Source: the human T2T-CHM13v2.0 reference genome, Homo sapiens. Taken from it: a stretch of DNA of 64,000 nucleotides. The stretch lies in assembly GCF_009914755.1 (NCBI RefSeq), contig NC_060938.1; one strand, given 5' to 3'. This document shows positions 40,732-53,293 of the stretch, piece by piece (the first letter of the stretch is position 1; each line of letters opens with the position of its first letter). Made by a program: the position numbers and the translations under genes. The notes under the pieces were generated by a model. That model did no database searches. It was not told the DNA's origin and saw nothing but the letters and a program-made list of their open reading frames with translations.

Positions 40732-40882
40732 CTCTGTATAGTGAGGAGGAACAGAATGAAAATCAGTTGGAAATAGGCACTCCAAAAATTCCATTTGCCC
40801 AATGGACATATCAGTACTAAAATATCGGGAAGCTGATCTTTGTCTTTGTTCATAGGATACTTTAATGCCAGTACCTATAAAT
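40732..40882 (-). CDS. ATG2B: ATG2B exon 12 (151 nt)
   Basis: tag|FIGTGIKVSYEQRQRS...MEFLECLFP...PHYTE|gtaaat. Confidence 0.95.
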
Positions 40883-41315
40883 CTATTATAAAAAATGCAC
40901 CATTTAAGATTATTAGTGTTAAAATGTAACAATTATCCACCTAGTCTGACAAGTTCAAGTTATCAATAATTAATACTCCTAAGGAAATTAACCAGAAAGA
41001 TTGCTTCAAATTTCCCTTTCCTTAAGATAAAAAATCAGTTCTGTTGATGGGAAATTTTCCAGGATCTGTTTATTTCCCAACACTGCCCTTCGTCTTCCAC
41101 ATTTAAAAATTTACATTGCAAAGGCAAAATCTTTCAGATCTGTAAAATATATGAAATAGTCTCTTAAAATTATCTAAAAACATTATGCAATATTTCAAAA
41201 ACTTTAGTCGGTGAAGCCCAAATGAGGTCTACCTATATTTTCTGCCGCTTTTGTTCTATTTTCCTACTGGCAGATGTTTGAAACTTTGTCAAAAATGGGA
41301 AAAAAAAAAAAAAAA

Positions 41316-41455
41316 GTCCAGGCACAGTGGCTCATGCCTGTAATCCCAGCACTTGAGGAGGACAAGGTGGGCGGATCACCTGAGGTCAGGACTTCGAGAC
41401 CAGCCTGGCCAGTATGGTGAAACCCCATCTCTCTTAAAAATACAAGAAAAAAAAA
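41316..41455 (+). mobile_element. Alu left arm only
   Basis: left monomer ending in the A-rich linker. Confidence 0.85.
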
Positions 41456-41729
41456 GGGGGGTGGAAGAAAACAAAATGTTTTTACAGTTTGAGTATAAAT
41501 ACTATAATCCTAACCTGTAGAGTTTTTCTTGTATTAGGTGTAAAACTACTTTTCATATCAATTTTCATACTTTAAAAAAGTTAAAAAGATTAAATAAACG
41601 CCCAAAGTATTTTCTAAAAATACTAATATATGATATGTTTAAACCACCGTATAAGATGTCATTCAACAATTTATAGATCACTTTCACATTAAAATTGTAA
41701 AACAGAGTTTGCATGTTAACAATACTAAA

Positions 41730-42040
41730 GGCTGGGCGTGGTGGCTCACGCCTGTAATCCCAGCACTTTGGGAGACCGAGGCAGGTGGATCACTGGAGGG
41801 CAGGAGTTCGAGACCAGCCTGGCCAACATGGTGAAACCCCATCTCTACTAAAGATACAAAAACTAGCTGGGCATGGTGGCACATGCCTGTAATCTCAGCT
41901 ACTCAGGAGGCTGAGGCTGCAGAATAGCTTGAACCTGAGAGGCAGAGGTTGCAGTGAGCCAAGATTGCGCCACTGCACTCCAGCCTGGACGATGGAGTGA
42001 GACTCTGTCTCAAAACAAAAAACAAAACAAAACAAAAAAA
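41730..42040 (+). mobile_element. AluS
   Basis: full dimer. Confidence 0.9.
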
Positions 42041-42623
42041 CCAACTATATTACAAATTCAATTATCTCCTCATCTGTTAAGACTCAACCCATGAAAGGAT
42101 CACTCACTGGCTATTTGGATAGCTTTGATTTTTCTTAAGCAGAAGTTGAAACGTAGCATCCAAGTTTCAGGATCAGCCTTGGTAATGTTTCCCACCCCAT
42201 GGCCAGTGGCATATGGATCAGTTCCAATAGTATTATTTTATTTTTCATCACCACTGTCATCTCTGCTAATGCCAGTGACAATAAGAACTGTTTTCACGAC
42301 TGCAGTGGTGTCAATAGGGATGAAGGCAAAATGTGGTTAAAGAAACTTGACAAGAGCTGGGCAGGGAACTAAAGAGATCACTTCGAAAACTCCTATTATC
42401 TAGATCTGTTATTCTGCATGCCAAATAACCTGAATGAAAGATTCTAAACACCTTTGCAGCACTGCAAGAAAACTTCACTCATTCCATTCATTTACAAATA
42501 AAATGTGAATTAGAAAAACAAATGCAGATAGGCAGATACAAAAGTCCACATGTGGTTCTTTTTCAAGGATCATTAGCATATGTGGAAGTTTAAAGGATCA
42601 TTAATACATATGTGAGAGTTTAC

Positions 42624-42885
42624 CTAAGGTGATCATGTGAGCAAGCTTCTGCAAACACTGCTCGGAAAGACTTAAAATCTTCTGTTGAAAATCTTGCTGG
42701 ATCAATCTTTTCTATACAAGTAAAGAAAGCTACTGCCATAGGTGTCAATGGATTAAGGTTCTGTGACGTTTCAGGTGGAGATAAAGGATCAATGTGAAGC
42801 ACAGAGATTGAAAAAGTTCCCACAGCTAGTCTAAAAATAAGTTCAGGCCTTGATTCATCCACTGAAACAGATCTAGATGGGAGAG
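42624..42885 (-). CDS. ATG2B: ATG2B exon 11 (262 nt)
   Basis: tag|(S)LPSRSVSVDESRPELIFRLAVGTF...ACSHDHL(R)|gtaaac. Confidence 0.95.
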
Positions 42886-43552
42886 CTAAAATACAAGTAT
42901 TAAAATTATATACATAAAATTTGACACATAAAACTATTAAAATTATAAAACATTTACTCATTTATTAGCTTTAAAAAACAGATGATCATACAACAGTTTG
43001 AATGATATTAAACAATTAATTTAAGTAAAATCAACTGCTATCTTGCTGCATCTTACATCCAAGATTTTTGTACTAAAGTACAAGAGTACGTGACAACAGT
43101 AAATGTACAAACCAAGCTTTTATATTAATAAAAACATACTGGAAAACTCAAGATTAACCAAAAACTGCTCACCAAATTTTCCTTTAAGCCTTGGGTCTAT
43201 ATCAATTAAATTTTGCAGAAAAGAAACCTGAGGTTCTCTTCCAAGGAAAATGTAAATAGTGAAACAAAAATCACATGATTGACTGAGGGTCCTGAACTGC
43301 AATAATAATATGAAACTTACAGTGTACTTTTAACTAAAAATATTTAAGTATTTAAATACACAAAGAATACAATAAATGAGCAACTATTCTAAAACACTTC
43401 ACAGTGAATTGTTTAACAATGGTTCATTTTGCTTTCTGAACTTTGTAAATGGCCAAGACCAGAAAAAAAAAAAAAAGAAAGAAAAGCACCAGTAGAATGG
43501 CATTTTAAAAATTCCAGCGGAAACTAACAACAAATGTCTTATTTTTACTTAC

Positions 43553-43658
43553 ATGTCTTCTGTAAAGGTGTTGGGTGAACTAGGTTGGATGGAAATGTTG
43601 ACCCTCTTACTGGCTGTTCTTTATGATGATCAAGGAACTCTCCCCAAGTGGGCTGAAG
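43553..43658 (-). CDS. ATG2B: ATG2B exon 10 (106 nt)
   Basis: tag|LQPTWGEFLDHHKEQPVRGSTFPSNLVHPTPLQKT|gtaagt. Confidence 0.94.
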
Positions 43659-43748
43659 CTATAAAAGATTTTTTTTAAGCACATGAATGAAGTGTAGAAT
43701 TTTAGAAGCAACTTTTCAGTCTAGAAGAAAAATTAAGTAATACTTTAC

Positions 43749-43903
43749 CACAGTAGCACTTAATGGAGATCCTGCTGGGGTATTTGTATATGTACTAGTT
43801 AATGATAACTCAAGGTCCATGTTTGGGGGGTCCCCAAGGGGTGGAAGAGAAGAGAGACTATGAGACATGTCCATATCAGCCATGGAGAAGAATACTTCTT
43901 CTT
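43749..43903 (-). CDS. ATG2B: ATG2B exon 9 (155 nt)
   Basis: tag|(E)EEVFFSMADMDMSHSLSSLPPLGDPP...SPLSATV|gtaaag. Confidence 0.93.
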
Positions 43904-44935
43904 CTAGAGAGAATTAAACTATGTCACTTGTATTATAATCCCACCAATTCAAGTCTTTTAAGTAAGTTAATATACGTTAATACAATCCTCTTCCTTCAGA
44001 TTATATGAGATACAGCGATGCCCCAAATTTTATGTTACTTACAGTGGTGTAATTTATGAGTCCAAAATATTAATGGCATAGTAAAAACTCAATATAAATT
44101 AATAAAAAATGAAGCTACCCTACTGATGAACATGTTTTCTTTTGTTTTAAATATATAAATGTAGTATTACCTGGTATATTTTTAATGTGATATGCCAGTT
44201 TAGGAATTAAAATCAGATATTAAAATAGTATAAATATATTGCAACCTCTAGTTTCATCTGGATACAGTTATTTCTTTTATTCAGAGCCAAAAACATTATT
44301 TGGAATTCCATTTACATTTCAGTTCCTTCTTTCGGAATTGTTTTACTCTCATGCAAATGAAGTTTATTATGGCCAAAATTTTTTGAGTAGGGTTTGATTT
44401 CTTATTTTGTCCAACATTCCATACTTAAATTGATCCATATTATTTATGTTATTAGCATTTATACATTGTGAAACACCTATAAATGTAAAGTAAGCTGGGT
44501 AGAGATCATTATTTACATATAACTGATGGAAAGATCAATAAAGGAAAGTTTCCTTATTAAACTTTAGTAGTTCAGTAGTTTCTTAATCTAGAAATCATTA
44601 CATGAGCACATAATAATTTGACAAAATATATAACTACCTAATTTAACTTTCACATAAATTTACATTTTTATAAATTGGTTTTCCTTAGACTAAATCATTT
44701 AGAAAACAAAACTACACAATCAAAATCAAAAAAATATACTATAGCACCTATGTGCTGGTGCATTACTGTAATGTTGTGATTAGATTAATCGTAAATTAAA
44801 AGTTGTGGATTTCTTACAATGTGGATCTTTTTGTTCTTTCATTCCTAAACTTCTGTTCACAGCAGCCAAAATTAAGTGTAATTTTATCTATGATTATAAT
44901 ATATGATTCTGGTGTCAACAGTTTGAGTTGCTTAC

Positions 44936-45121
44936 CACGGCTAGAAGGTGTACGAGCTGTTTCTGTCTCATAAAAGCTTTGCTCTGAAGATACACCCACA
45001 GAGAGGGAATCTTTTCTCAAATAATACCGGTTTAATTCCATCTGAATTCGATACTCGTCTTCCTGCTGCATGGGTCGATTTTTCCTATCTTTATTAGCTA
45101 ACCCTATTTTGCTAGAATTTT
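44936..45121 (-). CDS. ATG2B: ATG2B exon 8 (186 nt)
   Basis: tag|(E)NSSKIGLANKDRKNRPMQQEDEYRIQMELNR...TPSSR|gtaagc. Confidence 0.95.
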
Positions 45122-45652
45122 CTATAAGCATACAAAAGGAAACCAAAACAGTAATTAAATTTGGAGTTAATTAAGCATTTCTTTCCCAAAACCCATTTAT
45201 GGAACAACAATGGCAACTTAACACCACAGTGCAAAACCACTGCTATTTAGTGAGTCAGAGCTCTAAGCAACAGCTTTAAGCAACTAGCCAGGAATCCCAA
45301 AATCTTATCGCTGATAGATAGAAGCCATTGAAAATATTTTAAAATGTGTACCACTTACTGTGTTCAAGAATTATACTTTCTCGATTGTATGAAGTACTAT
45401 CCCCAACCAAAGAAGTCAGAACAATTTTAGAAAAGTTAAGAATGTGACACACATAATCTGAAGTGAATATGTCCCATGGTAACACATTCAAAACACCCAA
45501 TCAAATTTTACTACTTAACATTCTTATTTGCTTCTTTCAATTCAGATATTCAAAAATAATAGACTTTCCTACATGTACATACATTACATATTTTAAAGTT
45601 TTTTAAAATTTAAAAAAGTAACAAGTATATATAATAACAGAATTATACTTGC

Positions 45653-45749
45653 CTGGTCCAGCAATAGCTGCCAACATATCCAAAAGCAAGTGCACCTGTC
45701 TTGGTGACAGGAGTAGATGAATAGAGTCTATCTGTCCATCAACATCCAA
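45653..45749 (-). CDS. ATG2B: ATG2B exon 7 (97 nt), GC donor
   Basis: aag|LDVDGQIDSIHLLLSPRQVHLLLDMLAAIAGP|gcaagt; phase matches exon 8. Confidence 0.93.
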
Positions 45750-46699
45750 CTTAAGGGAAAAAAAAAAACTATTCATGAGGAGTATTCTTTATAACCTTAT
45801 CACCATAAACGTCAGTATATTTTAATGAACTGAGATGAATACTGAGTCTTTAGTCTTGGAGTCCTTCATCTGAGACTCTCTCTACTAATTCACACCATCT
45901 AAATGAAAAGACTTAAAGGCCACCAAACTGTTGTTCTAAAAGGAAAAACCCTCCTGAGAAATTCCATGCTGACGAGTCCAATGTTATACTTTTTGTCTCT
46001 TCAAGTCTTCTGAGTACTTAAAAGTATTTGAGGAGGACTTAAGACATAGTCTCCAAGGATGAATATTAAGGTAGCAATAGCACAGTATTCATTGACTTTC
46101 AAAAGACTGAAATCATAATCCTTAAAGTCTGATTCACATCAAGAACAAATAAAGTTGGCTTTCTTAAGTACACTACCAATCATACTCTAGCAGAGCATGT
46201 AAGGACCTTCTCCTCCAACACTGTGCCTTCCCAGTACCTACTGTGGTCCACAAAGCCCGCTCTGCATGCAAGGGGACGCCACTACAGAAATGTGGACAGA
46301 AGATGGTGCTTAGGTGGACTTCCTTTCTCTTTTCCAACTCTTTGCCCACTTTTCCATCTAGAAATAAAAGCTCCATCCCACTCTCTTGATGATTCCTGAA
46401 TACTCTGACAAAAGCAATTACTTTATTCTCTATATTACATTCTAAAAAGCAGAATATCCCTGCCTTACTTTTCATTCGCCTCCTCTTAACACTGACTCCT
46501 ATTATTTTTATGTCATTTTGCAACTGAAAAATAATAGAATTAACAAAACATTTATATCTAGAAAATGACTTCTTCCCAGGAGAAAAAGGGATTCCTTCTG
46601 ATTCTAAAACAAAACAAACAAAAAATCAAATAAACTACATAATGATTGAGAAATTTCGATGACCTAAGAAATCCAGTAAAATAAATCATTATTATCACT

Positions 46700-46890
46700 T
46701 TTATTTTTAGCATTGGGGTACCATGCTAAGTGCTTTTATATATATTTCCTCTAATTCTTATTAATGTTCCTGTTTTATAGGTGAAGAAATGAGTTCACAA
46801 AGATTCAGTGAATTGCACAAGGCCCATGTAGCAGATCCAGAGCTGGATTTTCACCTAGGCTGACCTGGAGGAAAAGCCCTCACTCCTTCC
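46700..46890 (-). mobile_element. MIR
   Basis: 'ctgttttataggtgaagaaatgag...gaattgcacaaggc'. Confidence 0.55.
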
Positions 46891-48799
46891 ACGGCATGGC
46901 TCCCTTGTTCTGCCCACAGACAACTTATTTTACGGGGCACCTTCCTGACTACTGACATCCCAAGCCATGAGCCAACCTAAGGCTGAGAGGAGAGAGAAAA
47001 TGTGTTTCTAACTACATGCCAAATTTAAAAATTGTTTTATAATTTCACAATTGTTGTACTGAAAGCACAATCTCTGACTTTCATTAGAATGGCCAATCAA
47101 GAGTTTCATTTCTAATTCATTGAAATTAAAATTTTCATAGAAATATTTCATTATTTGTACATTCTAAGTTTGGCATAAAAAGAACAAAGTACTTACTACT
47201 TTCTTTTGAAAATATAAAAGAACATAACTAAAAAACAAATTTCAACTCAATGTAACATGGTAACTGAAACAAAACATCTCTAAATTCAATACGGGCAGTC
47301 TCCAATTTTCAATAAAATGCATTCCTAAAAACATAGGCTAAAACTGAATACATGAAACACAGACTTACACACTACTCAAGGGAATACTATTCAGAGAACT
47401 TAAAAAAAAAAAAAAAACATGAAATCTTTCATAACATTTTGAATCCACAGTTGAAAGAGTTAAGGCTAATGTACATCAGAAAGAGATTAAAGATCTGACA
47501 TTTTCAGCACCCCTAATTAATTCCATCTTTATCTACACTATATTTTATGAGATCTATGTTTCTCAATACTAAAATCCAGAACTTGTCTTTTTCCATTTAG
47601 CATCATTTGCATTAAATAAAAACAAATTATACTCAAATACTCAAGTCATTACACAAAAATTACTCTATAGGCAAGGGTAGTACTTCTAAATATTAAATAT
47701 TGGCTGGCACACAATGCCACTACGCAGTTTTTCCACATGTTCATTTGTCACTAATATACAGAACTCTAAAAGTAACATATATTTATACATTTGTACAAAT
47801 GTATACATAATGTTTTATTATAAAAGACATTTGTACAAATCAACACATCATGTACAAAAGTTTGGGTTTACATAAATATAAAAGCATACAAATGTTGAGG
47901 ACTACATATAATTAACCAAAACAGAACTATAAAAGTTATTGCTATGCTTCCTCCTTACAGACATGGCAAATGCATTCCCCAGAGACATAAACATATTATT
48001 AGTATAGTTTCCCAAGGATGTTACCACAGCAGAGGATTCCCTGTAGAGTTTACATAATCTTTTGACTACCTGTTCTGCTAACAATCCCAACATGTTACTT
48101 GTAAAGGGCCTTTTGACATTGTAAAAGGATTTTGCACCATCTGAAGAAGGACAGAGCAGTAAACAGAAGGGGCCTGAGTAATCAGTAATAGGAGTGTCTT
48201 CATTCTACTTTCCTCCTCCTCCAACTCTAGTCAGAGGTTCCAATCCAAGGAGGGATTTCCGGAGATTCTTCAATCCTCTGAAAAATCATTTTATGTATAT
48301 TGACATGTACTTAGTGGCTCCCTCTTCTGTGTCCCCACAGCAATTTCCATACCCCTTACTGTATCTTTTACCAAGGCAAAGATTGTATCTGATTCATCTT
48401 TGCATCTGTCCGAAAAACTGGGACAGGTAAGTGGCTGGCATGTGGTAGTCACTTGAACATCTACAACTAGGGAGATCAGTAAATAAACAAATGAATAAAT
48501 CCGGGTATCTTCTTAATTAAAACTACGTTTTATAGAGATTATGTAGAAAATTTGTTTTCAAGGTGTGAAAATAATGCTTGACAAATACATTTTTAACTAA
48601 GTAAATGCAAGTTTCCTGGTTCTCCATAAGACTGATCAATATGATTCCCTAAGAGGCAAATATAGTTGTATTTATACAGTGTCTTTATACAGTGTCAAAG
48701 CTATGAGAAGGAGAACCCTCATATGCTTTTGGTGGGAATGCAGATTAGTACAACCACTACAGAGAACAGTATGAAGGTTCCTCAGAAAACTAAAAAATA

Positions 48800-49769
48800 T
48801 GTTTTTGTATGCTTTGTCAAAGATCAGTTAGTTGTATGCATTTGGTTTTATTTCTGGGTTCTCTATTCTGTTCCATTGGACTAAGTGCCTATTTTTATAC
48901 CAGTACCATACTGTTTTGCTAACTACAGCCTTGTAGTATAATTTAAAGTCCAGTAATGTGATAACCCCAGATCTGTTTTTTGTTTAGTATTGTTTTGGCT
49001 GTGGTGGGCTCTTCTCTGGTTCCATATGAATTTTAGGGTTGTTTTTTCTAGTTCTGTGAAAAATGACGGTATTTTGATGGGAATTGCATTGAATATGTGG
49101 ATTGTTGTGGGCAGTATGGTCATTTTCACAAAATGCATTATTTCCATCCATGAGTATGGGATGTGTTTCCATTTGTTTGTGCCATCTATTCTTTCAGCAG
49201 TGTTTTGCAGTTTTCCACTTGTAGAGAGATTCAGCTCCTTGGTTAAGTATATGCCTAGGTATTGTATTTTATTTTATTTTATTTTATTTGCAGCTATTGT
49301 AAAAGGGATTGAGCTCTTGATTTGATTCTTAGCTTGGTCACTGTTGGTGTATAGCACTGCTACTGATTCGTGTACGCTGATTTTGTAACCTAGGAGTTTA
49401 CTGAATTCATTGATCAGATCTAGGAGCCTTTTTGATGAGTCTTCAGGGTTGTCTAGGTATATGACATAGCATAGGTGAACAGCTATAGTTAGACTTCCTC
49501 TTTTCCAATTTGGATGTCCTTTATTTCTTTCTCTTGCCTGATTGCCCTGGCTAGGACTTCCAGTACTATGTTGAATAGAAGTGGTGAAAGTGGGCATCCT
49601 TGTCTTGTTCCAGTTCTCAGGGGGAATGCTTTCAACTTTTCCCCATTCAGTATGATGTTGGTTGTAAGTTTGTTATATATGTCTTTTATTACACTTTGAG
49701 GTAAGTCCCTTCTGTGCCTATTTTGTTGAGAGTTTTTATCATAAAGGGATGCTGAATTTCATCAAATGC
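48800..49769 (-). mobile_element. inverted 5' segment of an L1PB-like insertion (ORF2 RT region, degenerate)
   Basis: minus-strand ORF2 remnants (VIYLDNPEDSSKRLLDLINEFSK; FNAIPIKIP..FFTELEK). Confidence 0.88.
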
Positions 49770-50517
49770 AAAACCATAAATTGGTTAAAACACCCCCTAT
49801 TCAATAAATGATGCTGGGAAAACTGGCAAGCCACATGTGGAAGAAAGAACCTGGATCCTCATCTCTCACCCTATACAAGAATCAACTCAAGATGGACCAA
49901 AGATGTAAATATAAGACTTGAAACCATAAAAATTCTATAAGAAAACATTGGAAAAACTCTTCTGGACATTGGCTTAGGCAAAGAATTCATGACTAAGACC
50001 TCAGTGAATGCAACAAAAACAAAAATAAATGGGACCTGATTAAATTAAAAAGCTTCTGCTCAGCAAAAGAAATAACCAGCAGAGTAAATGGACAACCCAC
50101 AGAGTAGGAGAAAATATTTGTAAACTATGCATCCAGCAAAGGACTAATATCCAGAATCTACAAGGAGTTCAAACAAATCGGCAAGAAAAAAATAATCCCA
50201 TCAGAAAGTGAGCAAGGGACATGATTATATATTTCTCAAAGAAGATATTTAAACAGCCAACAACCATGAAAAAGTGTTCAACATCACTAATCATCAGGAA
50301 AATGCAAATTAAAAACACAATGAGATACCACCTTACTCCTGCAAGAATGGCCATAATTAAAAAGTCAAAAAACAATAGATGTTGGGATGGACATCGTAAA
50401 AAAGGAACACTTTTACACTGCTGGTAGGAATGTAAACTTGTACAACTATTATGGAAAGCAGTATGGAAATTCCTTAAAAAACTAAAAGTAGATCTACCAT
50501 TCGACCCAGCAATTCCA

Positions 50518-50556
<39 letters not shown>

Positions 50557-51157
50557 CATATATACACACACATATATACACATATATACACAAACATATA
50601 TATACACACATATATATGTATGTGGTGTATATACATACATGTGTATATATGTATGTGGTGCATGTATATATATATGGTGTATATTTATGTGGTATACATA
50701 CACACCACATACACATATACACCACATATATATACACCATATACAAATATATGTATATATATTTACACACAGTGAAATACCACTCAGCCATAAAAAGGAA
50801 CAAAATAATGTCTTTTGCAGCAACTTGGATGGAACTGGAGGCCATTATTCTAAGTTAAGGAACTTAGGAATGGAAAACCAAATACCATGTGTTCTCACTT
50901 ATAAGTGGGAGCTAAGCTATGAGAATGCAAAACATACAGAGGTATATAATGGACTGTAGGGACTCAGGAGGAGGGGAGGTTAGGAAGGAGGTGAAGGATA
51001 AAAGACAACATACTGAGTATACCGTACACTGCTCAGGTGACAAGTACACTAAAATCTCAGAATTTACCACTAAAGAACTCATCTACGTAACCAAAAACCA
51101 CCTGTATCCCAAAAACAACTGAAATTTTTGAAAAAAGAAAACAAAGGGACAACAACA
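49770..51157 (+). mobile_element. sense 3' segment of the same L1PB-like insertion
   Basis: ORF2 C-terminal remnant ([23 protein letters not shown]), L1PB-type 3'UTR, A-rich tail. Confidence 0.88.
50520..50770. repeat. (TG)n plus (TA/CA) compound microsatellite inside L1
   Basis: seen directly. Confidence 0.95.
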
Positions 51158-51284
51158 AAAACTAAAAATAGAACTTCCATATGATTCAACAATTCCACAT
51201 AAGGTATATACCCACAAGAAAGGAAAGCAATATACCAAAGAGATAGCTGCACTGCCATGTTTACAGCACACTATTCACATAGTG

Positions 51285-51770
51285 AATATATATGATATAT
51301 ATGAATATATGCTATATGTGATATGATATATATGAATATATATATCATATATGATATATATGAATATATATATCATATATGATATATATGAATATATATA
51401 TCATATATGATATATATGAATATATATATCATATATGATATATATGAATATATATATCATATATGATATATATGAATATATATATCATATATGATATATA
51501 TTCATATATATCATATATGATATATATGAATATATATATCATATATGATATATATGAATATATATATCATATATGATATATATATTCATATATATCATAT
51601 ATGATATATATGATATATATATCATATATTATATATGATATATATATCATATATGATATATATGAATATATATATCATATATGATATATATGAATATATA
51701 TATCATATATGATATATATGAATATATATATCATATATGATATATATATCATATATGATATATATTCACA
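51285..51770. repeat. 28-bp AT-rich palindromic minisatellite, about 16-17 units
   Basis: unit ATATGATATATATGAATATATATATCAT; TGAA recurs at 51333, 51361, 51389, 51417, 51445, 51473. Confidence 0.95.
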
Positions 51771-52220
51771 CACACGTATATATATTCACACACACATCTT
51801 TGTGTGTGTGTGTGTGTGTGTGTGTATTTATATATATGGACTCATCCTATATATGGACCCATATATGGACCAAAATATGGACTCATCCTACATATCCATC
51901 AACAGATGAATGGATAAAGAAAATGTGGTATATATGAACAATGGAATATTATTCAACCATAAAAAATAATGAAGTCCTGTCATTTGTAACAACATGAATG
52001 GAACTAGAAGCCATTATGTTAAGTGACATAAGCCAAGCACAAAAAGATAACGCATGTTCTCACTCATAGGCAGGAGCTAAAAAAGGGGATCTCATGAAGA
52101 TTCCCCTACTCACGAAGAGTAGACTGATGGTTACCAGAGGCTGGGAACAGTGGGGAAATGAAGGGAAAAAGAATATAAATATACTGATTATCACTTAACT
52201 TACACTTAAAAATAGTAAAG

Positions 52221-52535
52221 GGTCCTGGTGAGGTGGCTCATGCCTATAATCCCAACACTTTGGGAGGCTGAGCAAGAAGGACTGCTTCAGCCCAGGAGTT
52301 CAAGACCAGCCTGGGCAACATAGTGAGACCCTGTCTCTACAAAAAACATAATACAAAAATTAGCCAGGCATGGTGGCATGTGCCTGTAGCCCCAGCTACT
52401 TGCGAGGCTGAGGCGGGAGGGTTGCTTGAGCCCAGGAAGTCGAGGCTGCAGTGAGCCAAGATCTTGTCACTGCACCCCTGCACCCCTGCCTGGGCAACAG
52501 AGGGAGACCCCATCTCGAAAAAAAAAAAAAAAAAA
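52221..52535 (+). mobile_element. AluJ
   Basis: dimer inside the L1MA 3' end. Confidence 0.88.
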
Positions 52536-53113
52536 GAATGAAAGATGATATATTATATAGGTTTATTTTATGTCAAAAAATTTTAAAGCTATGAGACAAT
52601 GGAAAAAGTCTATCTCTTTTCACAAATATTATACAACTATATAAAAATGGTCATTCTGTTCAAAATAGATGGGTAGATATTTTTACATACATATAATTAT
52701 AAAAACATCTTCTACAGATTTCTTGCTTGCCAAATCTCTTTTCCTTTAAACTTAATTTTATGAAAATAGAAAGAATTTTTTAAATAAATTCCTAGTTATC
52801 TGAACTAATGAAACCATGTTTAATACCAAAAAGAGAGGTTTGTCAGTTTCGAATTGTCGGAATACGGGAGAGTGAGTGTAGAAGGCAACTCTTTATAAAA
52901 CTTGAGCTGCAACAGTAGGGCAAAGGCAGTCCTCACATAAATTTTGTGACCTAGGATAGAAGCATCAACTGAGAGTAAAAATGCTAACTCGGTGACAGCA
53001 GTACACTAGTTACAGGATAATCTGCAGTAATCAATCAGTGAATCACTGCATAGAATAAAGAATACTTGTACTTTTATTTTGGTTTTACTACAGAAAGTGA
53101 AACAAACACTGAC

Positions 53114-53293
53114 CTTAGCTCCAGGAAGCACTTCATTCTGTTTCAACGTGAGACTCAACTCCAACCTACCAATTAACCGTCCAATCTGCACTGGGTCAGA
53201 AGGTGCTATCTCTGGTAAATTTCTAGTTAGCTGTGGGTGTGGCTCATAAATAATTTTGGGGTTCCAGCTAGGTGAGAGCTTTGGCTCAGTTTC
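53114..53293 (-). CDS. ATG2B: ATG2B exon 6 (180 nt)
   Basis: tag|ETEPKLSPSWNPKIIYEPHPQL...LKQNEVLPGAK|gtcagt. Confidence 0.95.

Larger units (their letters stand above)
48701..52585 (+). mobile_element. L1MA-like 3' element, interrupted by a younger L1, a minisatellite and an Alu
   Basis: sequence 'aggttcctcagaaaactaaaaa' (48776-48796) resumes as 'aaaactaaaaatagaacttccatatgatt' at 51158. Confidence 0.75.

Noticed and set aside
43659-43748. 90-nt intron 9 as an in-frame retained intron
   Set aside because: Contains an in-frame TGA after ten codons
48923-49699. Reverse-transcriptase-like peptides
   Set aside because: Frameshifted L1 ORF2 remnants, not a functional or novel RT system
50169-50959. 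Several 83-164-aa overlapping ORFs
   Set aside because: Microsatellite and degenerate L1 sequence; low complexity
51285-51770. 28-bp periodic palindromic repeat as a CRISPR-like array
   Set aside because: No unique spacers and no cas genes; a eukaryotic minisatellite
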